DNA of 41,341 bases from a virus (IMGVR_UViG_3300047669_000810:1-41341); one strand, 5' to 3'. Positions 17,855 through 27,461 are shown, counted from the first letter of the stretch. Translations and numbers: made by a program. Notes: generated by a model not told the origin, from the letters alone.

Positions 17855-17936
17855 GGCGATCCTCCTCGTTAAGTTAAATAGTAAATAACCGTGTGAAAGT
17901 AGATTACAGAGTTTGGGCTATAGGCACAAGGGGATA

Positions 17937-18233
17937 TTAAGATTTGTTCTGGACATTATTTAAGGCTATGAAAATCATCTTTAAGATAAGGATCATCAAA
18001 AATAGTTTATAGCCGTCGAAGAACCCTAGGCCGGGGTTGATCAAGGTCAAGTCGGGAAAGGCGGAGATGAGAATCATGTTGATCAGCATGAGCATGAGTC
18101 CGCCTATGCCGCTGATGATGCTCGCTGCCATTATCACGCCGAAAATGGAAGTGAGTGGTGTTTGTTGTTTCACGGGTGGTTCACTTTCTGTCATGCGACT
18201 GATAAGTCTGTCGAATTCGTTGAGGTCATCCAT
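17937..18233 (-). CDS. small membrane protein with about two hydrophobic segments
   Basis: IFGVIMAASIISGIGGLMLMLINMILISAF and LFLMILILKMIFIAL. Confidence 0.65.
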   Translation of the reverse strand: MDDLNEFDRLISRMTESEPPVKQQTPLTSIFGVIMAASIISGIGGLMLMLINMILISAFPDLTLINPGLGFFDGYKLFLMILILKMIFIALNNVQNKS

Positions 18234-18235
18234 GA

Positions 18236-18388
18236 TTAGTCTTCATTGTTTGTGTGGCTGTTGACTATTTGTGAGATCCTAGACTTTGAAAGGTCGAAGC
18301 GTTCAGCCAGTTGAGACAAACTATGACCCTGTTTTTTAAGAGCGAGTATGAGTCGGTCTCTGCCTGCATGGGTGGGACGCTTTGCCAT
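18236..18388 (-). CDS. small helix-turn-helix DNA-binding protein (sigma region 4/Mor-like)
   Basis: RDRLILALKKQGHSLSQLAERFDLSKSRISQIV. Start taken at ATG 18388, downstream of the promoter. Confidence 0.75.
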   Translation of the reverse strand: MAKRPTHAGRDRLILALKKQGHSLSQLAERFDLSKSRISQIVNSHTNNED

Positions 18389-18396
18389 TGAAGGTG

Positions 18397-18425
18397 ATAG
18401 TACCTGATACAGCAAGGACATGCAA
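18397..18425 (-). promoter_or_regulatory. sigma70-type promoter for the minus-strand island, near-leaderless
   Basis: Minus strand TTGCAT-17 nt-TACTAT, 8 nt before ATG 18388, no SD sequence. Confidence 0.55.
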
Positions 18426-18472
18426 TGGGCTACACTTTTTAGGATGCTAACCTAGATTTAGGAGTAGTTGCT

Positions 18473-18628
18473 ATGCCGATTCCGGATACGAGTAGAGACA
18501 CAGAGAGAGCAACGGACGTGGTCGGTGAACGTAGGCGACCCGCCAGATTCGTAGACCGCGCGAACCGGTTCGCTGGGAATGTGATTGATCGTTTCCGTCA
18601 AGCACGGCCTAATCGTCCCCGGAGATAG
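18473..18628 (+). CDS. small Arg-rich protein (51 aa), absent from the ORF track
   Basis: AGGAG RBS, ATG 18473 to TAG 18628: MPIPDTSRDTERATDVVGERRRPARFVDRANRFAGNVIDRFRQARPNRPRR. TGcTAACCT extended -10 at 18445-18453; 5 nt before the next gene. Confidence 0.65.
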   Translation: MPIPDTSRDTERATDVVGERRRPARFVDRANRFAGNVIDRFRQARPNRPRR

Positions 18629-18633
18629 AACAC

Positions 18634-19272
18634 ATGGCTTTAGCGTCAGTTTCAGATCTTAAAAAATATATGGACATAACCTTTTCCAATACTCAGGAAG
18701 AGGCTGCTCTGATGATCATTACGGGATTGGAAGCAGATTTAGAACATTACATTGGTAGACCTGTTACGGCAGCGTCCTTTAGTGAAACCTATGTAGCCGA
18801 AGCGAATTATAGCGGATCTTCTGCATCCAGTTTCTTTTATGATTACAACATTGACCGCACTTCGAGTTCAGTCACAGATGTCAGTAAGCCTCCGTATGTT
18901 TTATACACTCGTCAAACTCCAATAGTTTCTGTTACATCAGTTACTATTCAGGGTCAAACAGATTCTGCTGCGACTGCTCAAGCGGTGGGTAATGATTATG
19001 TTGTTCGAAGATACGGGATAGATCTATTTCGGGTAAATGACAACGACAAGATTGTCATCACTTACACTGCCGGTTTAGACGCTGCTACGGACAACACCAG
19101 TGCGCTTAAATTAGTTGTTTTGCGTGCGGCATCACGAGAAGTTCAAAACCTGCATGATGATGTAGTCGGTATGAAAGATTTGACTACACGAAATGTTGCC
19201 CCAGTCACTACGGGTTTCACACCGGAGGAATTGACTTCTGTCAAACGATGGCGTCGTGTCAGGGTGGCTTAA
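18634..19272 (+). CDS. head-tail adaptor/connector protein
   Basis: MALASVSDLKKYM start, LEHYIGRP, ITYTAG motif; first gene of the neck cluster. Confidence 0.75.
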   Translation: MALASVSDLKKYMDITFSNTQEEAALMIITGLEADLEHYIGRPVTAASFSETYVAEANYSGSSASSFFYDYNIDRTSSSVTDVSKPPYVLYTRQTPIVSVTSVTIQGQTDSAATAQAVGNDYVVRRYGIDLFRVNDNDKIVITYTAGLDAATDNTSALKLVVLRAASREVQNLHDDVVGMKDLTTRNVAPVTTGFTPEELTSVKRWRRVRVA

Positions 19273-19275
19273 GAA

Positions 19276-19770
19276 ATGTCTCGCATCGAAGTCAAAGGTG
19301 TACTTAAAACCAAAGCCTATTTCAAATCAATACATAGACGCGCTTTAAATTTTAGTTCGGTGTTGCGTTGGGCTAGGGACGACATCAAGAAAGCCAACCG
19401 TGCAAACTTTGCCACGCTTGGCGTTGCTTCTGGAAAAGCGTGGAACGCTTTAGATACAGAATACCAGTCGTGGAAGATTGAGCATTATGGGGCGTTGCCA
19501 ACAATGATTCGTTCCGGCGATCTTTACCGTCAACTCACCACTCTTTCGGGAAGAGTGAATCACATAGGACTCAAATCAGCACAATTTGGAACTGATCAAG
19601 ACTATGCGAGATTCCATCAACTTGGAACTAGATTTATGCCTGCTCGTAAGATTGTGTTTGTGCCTAAACATTTTGCTCATGAATTGGGTGTGAAGGTAGG
19701 AGAATATCTAGTGTACGGGGCACCGGGAACCGCAGAGTACAAGAAACTGAAAGCGGCGGTATTTGACTAA
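19276..19770 (+). CDS. neck/virion morphogenesis protein (Mu gpG / P2 gpS-like)
   Basis: W.AL...Y, MIRSGDL, FGTDQDYARFHQLGTRFMPARK signature. Confidence 0.8.
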   Translation: MSRIEVKGVLKTKAYFKSIHRRALNFSSVLRWARDDIKKANRANFATLGVASGKAWNALDTEYQSWKIEHYGALPTMIRSGDLYRQLTTLSGRVNHIGLKSAQFGTDQDYARFHQLGTRFMPARKIVFVPKHFAHELGVKVGEYLVYGAPGTAEYKKLKAAVFD

Positions 19771-20660
19771 TGGTTGCAACAATGGAAGGCCCAGCAGCGG
19801 CAAAAAAGTATGTCAGTGATTTTCTGGCGTCTGATCTACCCACGCGTTGTTTGAATTATCGCAACACTCTCGGATTGTCGAATACCGAATTACCTAATCC
19901 GGTCAAGTATTTGACTTATGAACCACTGACGATGGATAACTGGCCAACAATCATTACTTTAGTTGAGGCGACATCTACGATAGTTCGTGATGATATAACG
20001 GCAGTTTTAGATCCGATTTATCAGGTCATTTACCGTATGCGAACGTATGTTTGGGTTCGCGCTGTTGGACCAGACACTGTTACCACGGCACGAGACAACA
20101 TGACAATGGTTGTACGGGATGCTCTTTTGGATCGACCAGCGTTAAGAGGTTCTTCCGCTGAAGGAACACCTGCCGATATCAAGGTAGATGAGGGAACGCT
20201 TTCAGAAGATTTTTCTGATTTGACGTTGCTCAAAGGTGAACGTTTTTTAGCGGCTTCTTTTCTTTCTTATGATTTGAGTCTTTATGAATCGATCAGTAGA
20301 GCCGGTAAGGGCACGATGCTGACTGGTGTCGTTGCGGAAAACGTCATAGAGAAGGTTGCGAATGCTCCCACGGGTGTGCAATCAACCGCTGGAAATGCTA
20401 CGGCATTGTTGACTTGGAAGGCACCTACTTGGGATGGTGGCGGAACTGGTGCTATTACTGGTTACATCATTCAGTATTCTACTGACGCCGGAACAACGTG
20501 GTCTACGGGTGTTGCCGACACCGGATCTACGAATCCTGCCCATACTGTTACGGGTTTGACTAATGGAAATTCGTACCTTTTCAGAGTCGCTGCTTTAAAC
20601 GATGAAGGTACTGGCGCTTACTCTTCTTCTTCTCCAGCCACGGTACCTGCGGCTTCTTAA
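19770..20660 (+). CDS. tail completion/terminator-like protein with C-terminal fibronectin type III domain
   Basis: Position before the sheath; APTGV...LTWKAP...GGTGAITGYIIQYS...VTGLTNGNSYLFRVAALN..GTG is a typical FN3 pattern. Confidence 0.7.
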   Translation: MVATMEGPAAAKKYVSDFLASDLPTRCLNYRNTLGLSNTELPNPVKYLTYEPLTMDNWPTIITLVEATSTIVRDDITAVLDPIYQVIYRMRTYVWVRAVGPDTVTTARDNMTMVVRDALLDRPALRGSSAEGTPADIKVDEGTLSEDFSDLTLLKGERFLAASFLSYDLSLYESISRAGKGTMLTGVVAENVIEKVANAPTGVQSTAGNATALLTWKAPTWDGGGTGAITGYIIQYSTDAGTTWSTGVADTGSTNPAHTVTGLTNGNSYLFRVAALNDEGTGAYSSSSPATVPAAS

Positions 20661-20769
20661 AACCCTAGCGTGGTATTGTTTCAACAGGACTGATACCTGC
20701 TGTCAAACGCAGTTTAAGCCATGTAAGATTTGTGAACGTAGTTCGGAATAGCCAAGTGGAGGCACACGA

Positions 20770-22269
20770 ATGCCGGGAGTCGTAGTAAATACCGCAGTAC
20801 GCAGTGGTCCAGCGACTACTGGGGAAGTAGTCTCGGGTCAGGCGTTCTTTGTGGGCACCGCTGTTCGTGGCAAGTCCTCAGAGTCAGTTTTGATCCGTAA
20901 TCTCACTGAATACAAAAAGTATTTTGGTGGGTATGTGTCGGGCAACATGTATGCCCATGCTCAAACCTATTTCGAAGAGGGTGGGAGCCGCTTATACATT
21001 CAGCGCACTGTTGCAGATGATGCAGTAGCCGGTGCAAGAACTATTGTTGATAGCGGTGGTTCTACTGTAGCGACAGTTACTGCCGCAGATGTAGGTGCTT
21101 GGGGTTCCAATCTCACTGTTCAGGTTTTGGCCGGTGATGTTAGTGGTGTTCGCATTCAGATTACTCTTGATGGCGACATTGTTATGACTAGTGCTGATCT
21201 TGCTTCTCTTGATGCAATTGTGAGCACAGTCAATGGTTCAAATGATGTGAAACATCTTGTGACAATTGCTAAAGAGGCTGGTGCTTCTAATATGCCAGTT
21301 TCTGGTTCGGCTAATGCTTTGACTGGTGGTGCGGCTGGAACGCTTGTTACGGATGGAAGTGCGACAGATAACTACATTGAGGCTTTGGCGAAAATTTCTA
21401 AAGATCTTGGTCCGGGTGCTATAGCCATTCCGGGCATTGCTCTCACGAACAGTTATTGGCAAGCACTTATTGACCATTCGGTAACGAATGATCGTATTGC
21501 CATTTGTTCGTTTGCTTCAACTTCGACTATTTCGGCAGCGAAAACTTCGATTAGTGCTGCTTCGCCTGCTATTTATACGGATGCAGGTGCTCAATACGCT
21601 GCTTTCTATTATCCGTGGGTGAAGATCCCTGATCCGGCTGATGCTGATTTGTCGGTTTCTATTGCTCCCGATGCATACGTTTGTGCTAAACGAGCAAAAG
21701 CGGCAAACGACGTTAAAGGCCCGTGGCGGGTTGGTGCTGGTCTGATTTCGGAAGCCTCCCATGTGAGTGGTCTTTCGATGCCAGCAACAGAAACTATGAA
21801 TAAGGCCAATGGCGATTCGTTGGACAACGCTCGTGTTAATGCTTTGCGAGTCATCAACGGCAAGGTTCGGGTTTATGGTGCCCGTTCGGCTTCTGCAACT
21901 GAGAATGACTGGAGATTCATTACTTCTCGTGACACGCTAAATCATATTGTTTATGAATGTGAAAAGCGTCTTGAGGATTATGTCTTCTCAACAGTTGACG
22001 GTCGTGGTGCTTTGTTCAACAGGATTAAGAATTCGATTGTTTCGATTCTGGAACCCATTCGCAAATACGGTGGTTTGTATGAGGCTTACGGTTCAGACGG
22101 AAGTCGTTTAGATCCGGGTTACACGGTTTTAGTCGGTGATAGCAACAACCCAGCGGCCAATCTAAACATTGGTAAAGTTACTGCGGATGTTGCAGTCAGG
22201 GTATCTGCCGTGGGTGATAAAATCACAGTTAATATTACTAAGTCGAATCTTACGGCTGGGGTTCTCTAA
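20770..22269 (+). CDS. contractile tail sheath protein
   Basis: MPGVVVNT start, AFFVG, YFEEGGSRLYI, AAFYYPWV, LDNARVNALR, VRVYGARS, WRFITSR. Confidence 0.9.
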   Translation: MPGVVVNTAVRSGPATTGEVVSGQAFFVGTAVRGKSSESVLIRNLTEYKKYFGGYVSGNMYAHAQTYFEEGGSRLYIQRTVADDAVAGARTIVDSGGSTVATVTAADVGAWGSNLTVQVLAGDVSGVRIQITLDGDIVMTSADLASLDAIVSTVNGSNDVKHLVTIAKEAGASNMPVSGSANALTGGAAGTLVTDGSATDNYIEALAKISKDLGPGAIAIPGIALTNSYWQALIDHSVTNDRIAICSFASTSTISAAKTSISAASPAIYTDAGAQYAAFYYPWVKIPDPADADLSVSIAPDAYVCAKRAKAANDVKGPWRVGAGLISEASHVSGLSMPATETMNKANGDSLDNARVNALRVINGKVRVYGARSASATENDWRFITSRDTLNHIVYECEKRLEDYVFSTVDGRGALFNRIKNSIVSILEPIRKYGGLYEAYGSDGSRLDPGYTVLVGDSNNPAANLNIGKVTADVAVRVSAVGDKITVNITKSNLTAGVL

Positions 22270-22284
22270 AGGAGTTTGGATTAA

Positions 22285-22719
22285 ATGGGTACAAAACTTT
22301 CACAACGGCAAATTGTTGCAGAGATCGAACCAACATCTACTGCCTACCCGCGACTTGAAGGCTACTTCGCACAGGTAAGTGGTGGCGAAGTTACGGCTGC
22401 GGTCGAAAAGGTTTATGACGGCGGACAACGCTTTCCAGAGACCTTGTGCGCTCCTGCCGACATCGGTGACATTACGGTTACTCGTCATTACGAGATAGAC
22501 CGCGATGGAACCAAATTGAATGTTCTGCGTCCACTAGTGGGACAGGCTTACTACAACGTTGTAATTACTGAGTTGGATTGTGACCTAAAGGTTGCTGGGA
22601 CTCAGCGCACTTACACAGAGGCTCTCTGCGTAGGAATGACAGAACCAGACGGTGATGCTTCTTCGGGTGCTCCCGCCTCGTACAGTTTGACCTTCTCTAT
22701 CGGTCCTCTTGCTTCTTAA
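22285..22719 (+). CDS. tail tube protein
   Basis: 144 aa right after the sheath; FAQVSGGE, DITVTR, PDGDASS pattern; AAAGGAG RBS. Confidence 0.8.
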   Translation: MGTKLSQRQIVAEIEPTSTAYPRLEGYFAQVSGGEVTAAVEKVYDGGQRFPETLCAPADIGDITVTRHYEIDRDGTKLNVLRPLVGQAYYNVVITELDCDLKVAGTQRTYTEALCVGMTEPDGDASSGAPASYSLTFSIGPLAS

Positions 22720-22750
22720 GCAGTAAACACAAGTATCTAATAACCTAAAC

Positions 22751-22780
22751 TTGAAACACCCGTTTGCATGGGTGTACTAT
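22751..22780 (+). promoter_or_regulatory. candidate promoter upstream of the tail chaperone gene
   Basis: TTGAAA-18 nt-TACTAT; the spacer has a CACCC...GGGTG inverted repeat. Confidence 0.4.
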
Positions 22781-22817
22781 TTGGTGTATTCCAAATGGCA
22801 TATCAGGAGTGTGAATA

Positions 22818-23336
22818 ATGGCAGACGATAAAATTACTATGGATTTAGAAAATGCTGGTAAGCCCAGTATTGAGGATCGCGTAAGAGCGAAACCAACGAT
22901 TCTTTCTCAATTGCGGGAGGAAATCGAAAAAAAGGTTGAACGTCCCACTATTGAAATCAAGGTTCCAGAACGGGAAAATGTTTCCGTTCGGTTTTCCCCC
23001 AACATTACTCAGCAACAATTGCGCGCATGGCGTCGCAACTCTGGTGAAAACTCTAAAGACGGGTTTGATCCATTGAAGTTTGCTTGCTATGTAGTTGGTT
23101 CATGTGCCGAATCAATTCTCTTTAATGAAGAAATTGTTCAAGACGAGAACGGCGTAGATGTCACCTTTGCTTCTGCGGAGATTCTTGAAATGACAAATGA
23201 TGTTCGTCCTATCCCTGATGGGATTCGCAGGTTCTATGGGGTAGATCCTCATCTAGAGGCCACGGCATTGACGATTTTGGATCATGCAGGGTACGGCGAC
23301 GAGGTGGAAGCAGAGGAAAACCCTACGAACGGATAA
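22818..23336 (+). CDS. tail assembly chaperone (gpG-like)
   Basis: Between tube and tape measure; AGGAG RBS; ends ENPT at a slippery site. Confidence 0.75.
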   Translation: MADDKITMDLENAGKPSIEDRVRAKPTILSQLREEIEKKVERPTIEIKVPERENVSVRFSPNITQQQLRAWRRNSGENSKDGFDPLKFACYVVGSCAESILFNEEIVQDENGVDVTFASAEILEMTNDVRPIPDGIRRFYGVDPHLEATALTILDHAGYGDEVEAEENPTNG

Positions 23337-23524
23337 TAGAAGAATTTTCCGAATCTCCTATTATCCAGTCAGCCGCACGCCTCGGAGAACTATGGGGAAC
23401 CGATCCTATTAAATTACTAGATGTTACTGAAGCAGAGTGGGCTATTCGGGTAGCATGTGCAGAGGTGATAGCAACTGATCGCAGAGAAGAAGAACAAAAG
23501 CGAAAGGCTTCTAGATCCCGTTAG
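23318..23524 (+). CDS. tail assembly chaperone extension (gpT-like), reached by a candidate -1 frameshift
   Basis: A-AAC-CCT heptamer at 23318-23324; the -1 frame is open for 68 codons (KPYERIIEEFSESPIIQSAARLGELWGTDPIKLLD...SRSR) with no ATG. Confidence 0.7.
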   Translation, partial: KPYERIIEEFSESPIIQSAARLGELWGTDPIKLLDVTEAEWAIRVACAEVIATDRREEEQKRKASRSR

Positions 23525-23556
23525 TGCATCGTTATTAACCTAGGAAAGCCCTTGTT

Positions 23557-26500
23557 ATGGCAGTTGAACAGAAAGTAGTCATTCAGGTCACGATCGACCC
23601 GGATATGAGCAAGACTGCTGCTGTCAATGCCTTTCTTACTCAGTTGGATCGTAGAACTAAAAAGAGTTCAACTGCTTTAAAGACTTTGGACGCTGGCTTT
23701 AAAAAGATGGGCGTTACCGTAGGTAAGGCCGCTGCCAAGTTGATGGACTTTGGCAAAAAGTTAATGAAGATGAACTTGAAAGTTTTTGCTATTGAAATTG
23801 CTGCGGTAACAGCATCTTTGCTGCTTATGAAAGCAGCATTGGCTACTGGCGCTGGCTTCATGAGAGCGTGGAATAACACTGTCAAATTTGCGCGTGCGGC
23901 TACGGCTGGTTTCGCTGCTTCTGTACTTACTTTGGGTTCGGCAATAGCCTCAGCGCATCGACAGTTCCAACAGTTTCAGTTGGCTCCGTTCGTGGGCGGG
24001 CTTCAGAACGCCAGAACGGCTATGTCGGGTGCTATGACTGCTATGCCGGGCTATGGTCAAATGGCTGGACAAGTCGGTGCTGTATTGAATAAGGCTGGTA
24101 TCAAGGCTGCGAATGTACAAGCGGTCATGACTCAAATTGGCGACATGGGTGCTGGTGATGCAAAAACAGTTCAGAGTCTTGCTCAGGCTGTTGCGACTGT
24201 TAAGAAGTCAGGAAGTAGCGCCGCAGGCGTTACGGCTTTGCAGCAAATGGGGCCACAGTTCGCTGCTTCGGCGCAAAAAGCAGGCGCAATGGGTGGTCAG
24301 GAGTTTCTTACTGCACTCAAAAGTGGAGCGTTAACACCGGAAGCCTTCCAAGGTTCAATGGAGATGTTGAACCAGACTTTGTTCGGTGGAATGAAAGAAA
24401 TGATCACCCGATTGTATGTGCGTTTAGCGAGCATGGGTGAGATCTTCCTAAAACCGTTGCGTGAGGCTATGGGGGAGATTGAACAAATTGTAATGACTGG
24501 TTTGTTCCGCGTGTCTGGCGCTATTCGTTCTTTCGGTTTGGATACGTTTATTCCGGGTTTTGTTAGCCTGTTGTCAAGGTTCACTGATTGGATGGTTATT
24601 CTCATCAATCGTGATCTGCCCAAGTTGATGGGCATGTTTGGTTCTATCGCTAGTTGGTGGCGCAGTTTCAGCGACGGAACGAAAAACTTCTTTGGATGGA
24701 TGAGTGCTGGGTTGCGTTCATATTCTGATGCTGCCACCGTCGCTTGGGACATGACAAAGAACTTGTTTGGTGCCGTAGGCGGCGGAATGAGTGACAGATT
24801 TGGCATGTGGAGAGAGGGGTTTGAAAATAACGCTGGCAAAATGCAACAGTTTGGTACCAATGTTGGTGACACAATCACTGCCGGTATGGCTGTTGTCGGC
24901 AAACTCGGAACTATGTTTTTCGATAATCTTGACACAATAAATAGTTTCTTACGTTTCCTTGCCGACAAGGTGTTCCCTGCGATCGAAAGTTTCGGCGGGG
25001 TATTTCTTGGAGCGTTTTTGGCGGCGTTACCTGTGATTGAAGTGATAGTTGGCATGTTGTTGCCAGTCATTGCTGGTTTAGGTGCAGTTATTGGAATGGC
25101 AAGTGGCGTTCCGGGTGTTGGCGGTGTTGCCGCAATCGGTACAGGGATGCTGGCTACGAAAAGGGGCCGAAAGGCGCTCGGGGTAGGTGCCGGTCGCACA
25201 ATGGCTACGGGTGGAATAGCGAAACTTGGAAACAAAGCGGGTATGGGATTGTTGAGTACGGGGCTGAGGGCAGCACCGGGTATGAGCAGTATGGGCGGAG
25301 CAATGGCGTTAGGGGCAGGGGTACTTGGCGCTGGAGTAGGCGGTGCCTACATGATGAATAGGGCCACGCAATCAGAGACGGCGACGGGTGGCACATTGCA
25401 GGGTGCGGCAGGCGGAGCAATGCTTGGGGGTGCTATCGGTTCTGTAATTCCGATTCCGGGTGTTGGAACAGCAGTCGGGGCAATAGTCGGAGGAATTATT
25501 GGCGGAGCAGTTGGTTGGTGGAAAGGTAAGCAGAACCAAAAGAAACTGAAGGCACAGGGTGCCGAACTCGGTAAACAAATGGTCGATAATCTCATTGATG
25601 GTTTTTCCAGTATGACTCCAGAAGAGATGCGGATTAAGAAAACAGAATTAGAGGCACTTGCAGAAAATGAGTCAGCATTAGATAAGTTGGCTAAAGATAG
25701 GAATGTTAGTCAAGAGACTCTTACTGCGTCTTTAAATGCCAATCTGTCACGTTTGACAGCAGCGATAAAAGCAGCAGAGAATGTTTTTGCGAGTAACGAA
25801 ACACGAGAGGCAAACGCTTGGGGTTCGGATTACCAGACCACCGGTACGGTTTCTAGTTACATGGAGGGTCTCATGGCGACCGCCAGAGGGGAGACTCAAA
25901 CTGCTCAAATTGCTGCTAATTTTGAGGCTGGGGCAAACTCCAAATCCGCTTTGGAAAGTTTTTTCCAGTTCGCTGAAGACGGTGGTGATGTCAGGTCGGG
26001 GCCGGGTGCCAAATTATTGCAGGCGGCGACCACCGAATTGGAACAAGAAGGCATTAACCGTGGTCATCGTGGAACGAACTTGGGTCGCTTTATGAGGGAT
26101 GCCGGTTCAGGTATGTCGGGCGCGGCTACGGCTGGTGGTTGGGATATTCCGCCAGAAGCGATGGCTGTTCTTTCGGGCGATCTTCAACATATTGGTGGTG
26201 CTCCAGATAGAGAGTTTGCGACTTCTCCGTTGTGGAATTCCATCAGGGATATGGGCAAGATGGCGGGGATGAAAGATATGGAGAAGATGTTAGAAACGGC
26301 TTATAACGCTAGTGATCCGGATGCGGCTATTGCGATGATTAGTGCTCAGGTTTACAGTGATGCTGCTGTACAGATTGTGGCTTTGAAGGATGCTGGAGCA
26401 TTGGCTGCCGCCGAATTGGAGTACTTGGCTGAACTGCTTGGCAGCGGGGGGCTGCCCACCGCTGAAGATGTTGAGAACGCAAGGAAAACTCGTGAGCAAG

Positions 26501-26595
26501 AACTGATTGTCACTGCTGGTGAAGCACGCCGTGGCGTAACGAACAGTGGTATGGGTTCGCGACCGACTACGACCTCTCGTCCGCCCGGAACCTGA
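23557..26595 (+). CDS. tail tape measure protein (1012 aa)
   Basis: Long Ala/Gly/Met-rich helical protein after the chaperones, with hydrophobic Gly-zipper segments. Confidence 0.9.
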   Translation: MAVEQKVVIQVTIDPDMSKTAAVNAFLTQLDRRTKKSSTALKTLDAGFKKMGVTVGKAAAKLMDFGKKLMKMNLKVFAIEIAAVTASLLLMKAALATGAGFMRAWNNTVKFARAATAGFAASVLTLGSAIASAHRQFQQFQLAPFVGGLQNARTAMSGAMTAMPGYGQMAGQVGAVLNKAGIKAANVQAVMTQIGDMGAGDAKTVQSLAQAVATVKKSGSSAAGVTALQQMGPQFAASAQKAGAMGGQEFLTALKSGALTPEAFQGSMEMLNQTLFGGMKEMITRLYVRLASMGEIFLKPLREAMGEIEQIVMTGLFRVSGAIRSFGLDTFIPGFVSLLSRFTDWMVILINRDLPKLMGMFGSIASWWRSFSDGTKNFFGWMSAGLRSYSDAATVAWDMTKNLFGAVGGGMSDRFGMWREGFENNAGKMQQFGTNVGDTITAGMAVVGKLGTMFFDNLDTINSFLRFLADKVFPAIESFGGVFLGAFLAALPVIEVIVGMLLPVIAGLGAVIGMASGVPGVGGVAAIGTGMLATKRGRKALGVGAGRTMATGGIAKLGNKAGMGLLSTGLRAAPGMSSMGGAMALGAGVLGAGVGGAYMMNRATQSETATGGTLQGAAGGAMLGGAIGSVIPIPGVGTAVGAIVGGIIGGAVGWWKGKQNQKKLKAQGAELGKQMVDNLIDGFSSMTPEEMRIKKTELEALAENESALDKLAKDRNVSQETLTASLNANLSRLTAAIKAAENVFASNETREANAWGSDYQTTGTVSSYMEGLMATARGETQTAQIAANFEAGANSKSALESFFQFAEDGGDVRSGPGAKLLQAATTELEQEGINRGHRGTNLGRFMRDAGSGMSGAATAGGWDIPPEAMAVLSGDLQHIGGAPDREFATSPLWNSIRDMGKMAGMKDMEKMLETAYNASDPDAAIAMISAQVYSDAAVQIVALKDAGALAAAELEYLAELLGSGGLPTAEDVENARKTREQELIVTAGEARRGVTNSGMGSRPTTTSRPPGT

Positions 26596-26608
26596 TGAGG
26601 ACTGAACT

Positions 26609-27451
26609 ATGAGCGGAGTAATAAAGGTTTTTGTGGAAAGTTCTGATGGGACATTAGTTCCTCGCACGCAGGCCAGAGTTGAGCGTGTGACTTTGAGGCA
26701 ATTGCGTAGAGACGATGACATGACCGCCAATACTTTTACTACTGTTGGAACGGCAGCAGCGGTAGGCGGTAACGAACAGTTGGCTAAAGTTCAGTTTTCT
26801 TATGGGAATTTCCCTAAGACTATTTTAAGAAAAACTGAAGAGTCTGGTTTGCTTACTTTTGAATTTCCGTTTGGACCTAAAGAAGTTCAGTATGCAGATC
26901 ATGCTTTGAAATATCAGGAGATTCGGCGTCCGGGTAGAAAGCCTCTTTTGAGGGCGCAGGCTCCTATGAACAGGTCGATCAAATTGAATGCAGTTATTGC
27001 GGATCGTGAAACTCATGGCTTGGCGTCTTGCGAAGATCAATTGCAAAAGTTGAAAGATATGGCAGAAGCCGATATGGATATTGAATTCAGACACGGCTAT
27101 GTCACATTTCCAGCGAGATTGCGTATAACGTCTTTCAACATTTCTTCTCAAGAACGAACTCTTCAAGGCGCAATTTCTAAAGCGAGCATAGATTTAGCGT
27201 TTAAGGAAGTCGTTCCGTTGAATCTTGAAATTGTTCACCTTAAAGCAATTTTAGAAGAACCGAAACCAATAGCAACAATTCCTGATGAGGAAGAAAAAGA
27301 AAAACGCACCCCAGATGGTGCGATGGCGGCTCGCGGAGCGGATGCTTTTGAAGATGAAGAAAGTACTGGGACGTGGAAGATGGGGCAGTATCTTGAGGAT
27401 CGTCCTACGCTTAACACGGCTGATGCCAATTTACTAAGATCACACTTGTGA
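26609..27451 (+). CDS. baseplate/tail tube initiator-like protein
   Basis: After the tape measure; FEFPFGPKEVQY, EIRRPGRKPLL, LQKLKDMA, ITSFNISS, ASIDLAFKE pattern. Confidence 0.6.
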   Translation: MSGVIKVFVESSDGTLVPRTQARVERVTLRQLRRDDDMTANTFTTVGTAAAVGGNEQLAKVQFSYGNFPKTILRKTEESGLLTFEFPFGPKEVQYADHALKYQEIRRPGRKPLLRAQAPMNRSIKLNAVIADRETHGLASCEDQLQKLKDMAEADMDIEFRHGYVTFPARLRITSFNISSQERTLQGAISKASIDLAFKEVVPLNLEIVHLKAILEEPKPIATIPDEEEKEKRTPDGAMAARGADAFEDEESTGTWKMGQYLEDRPTLNTADANLLRSHL

Positions 27452-27461
27452 TGGGGTAATT

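Noticed and set aside
24297-25235. 312-aa minus-strand ORF
   Set aside because: Antisense shadow of the tape measure gene with no recognisable motifs
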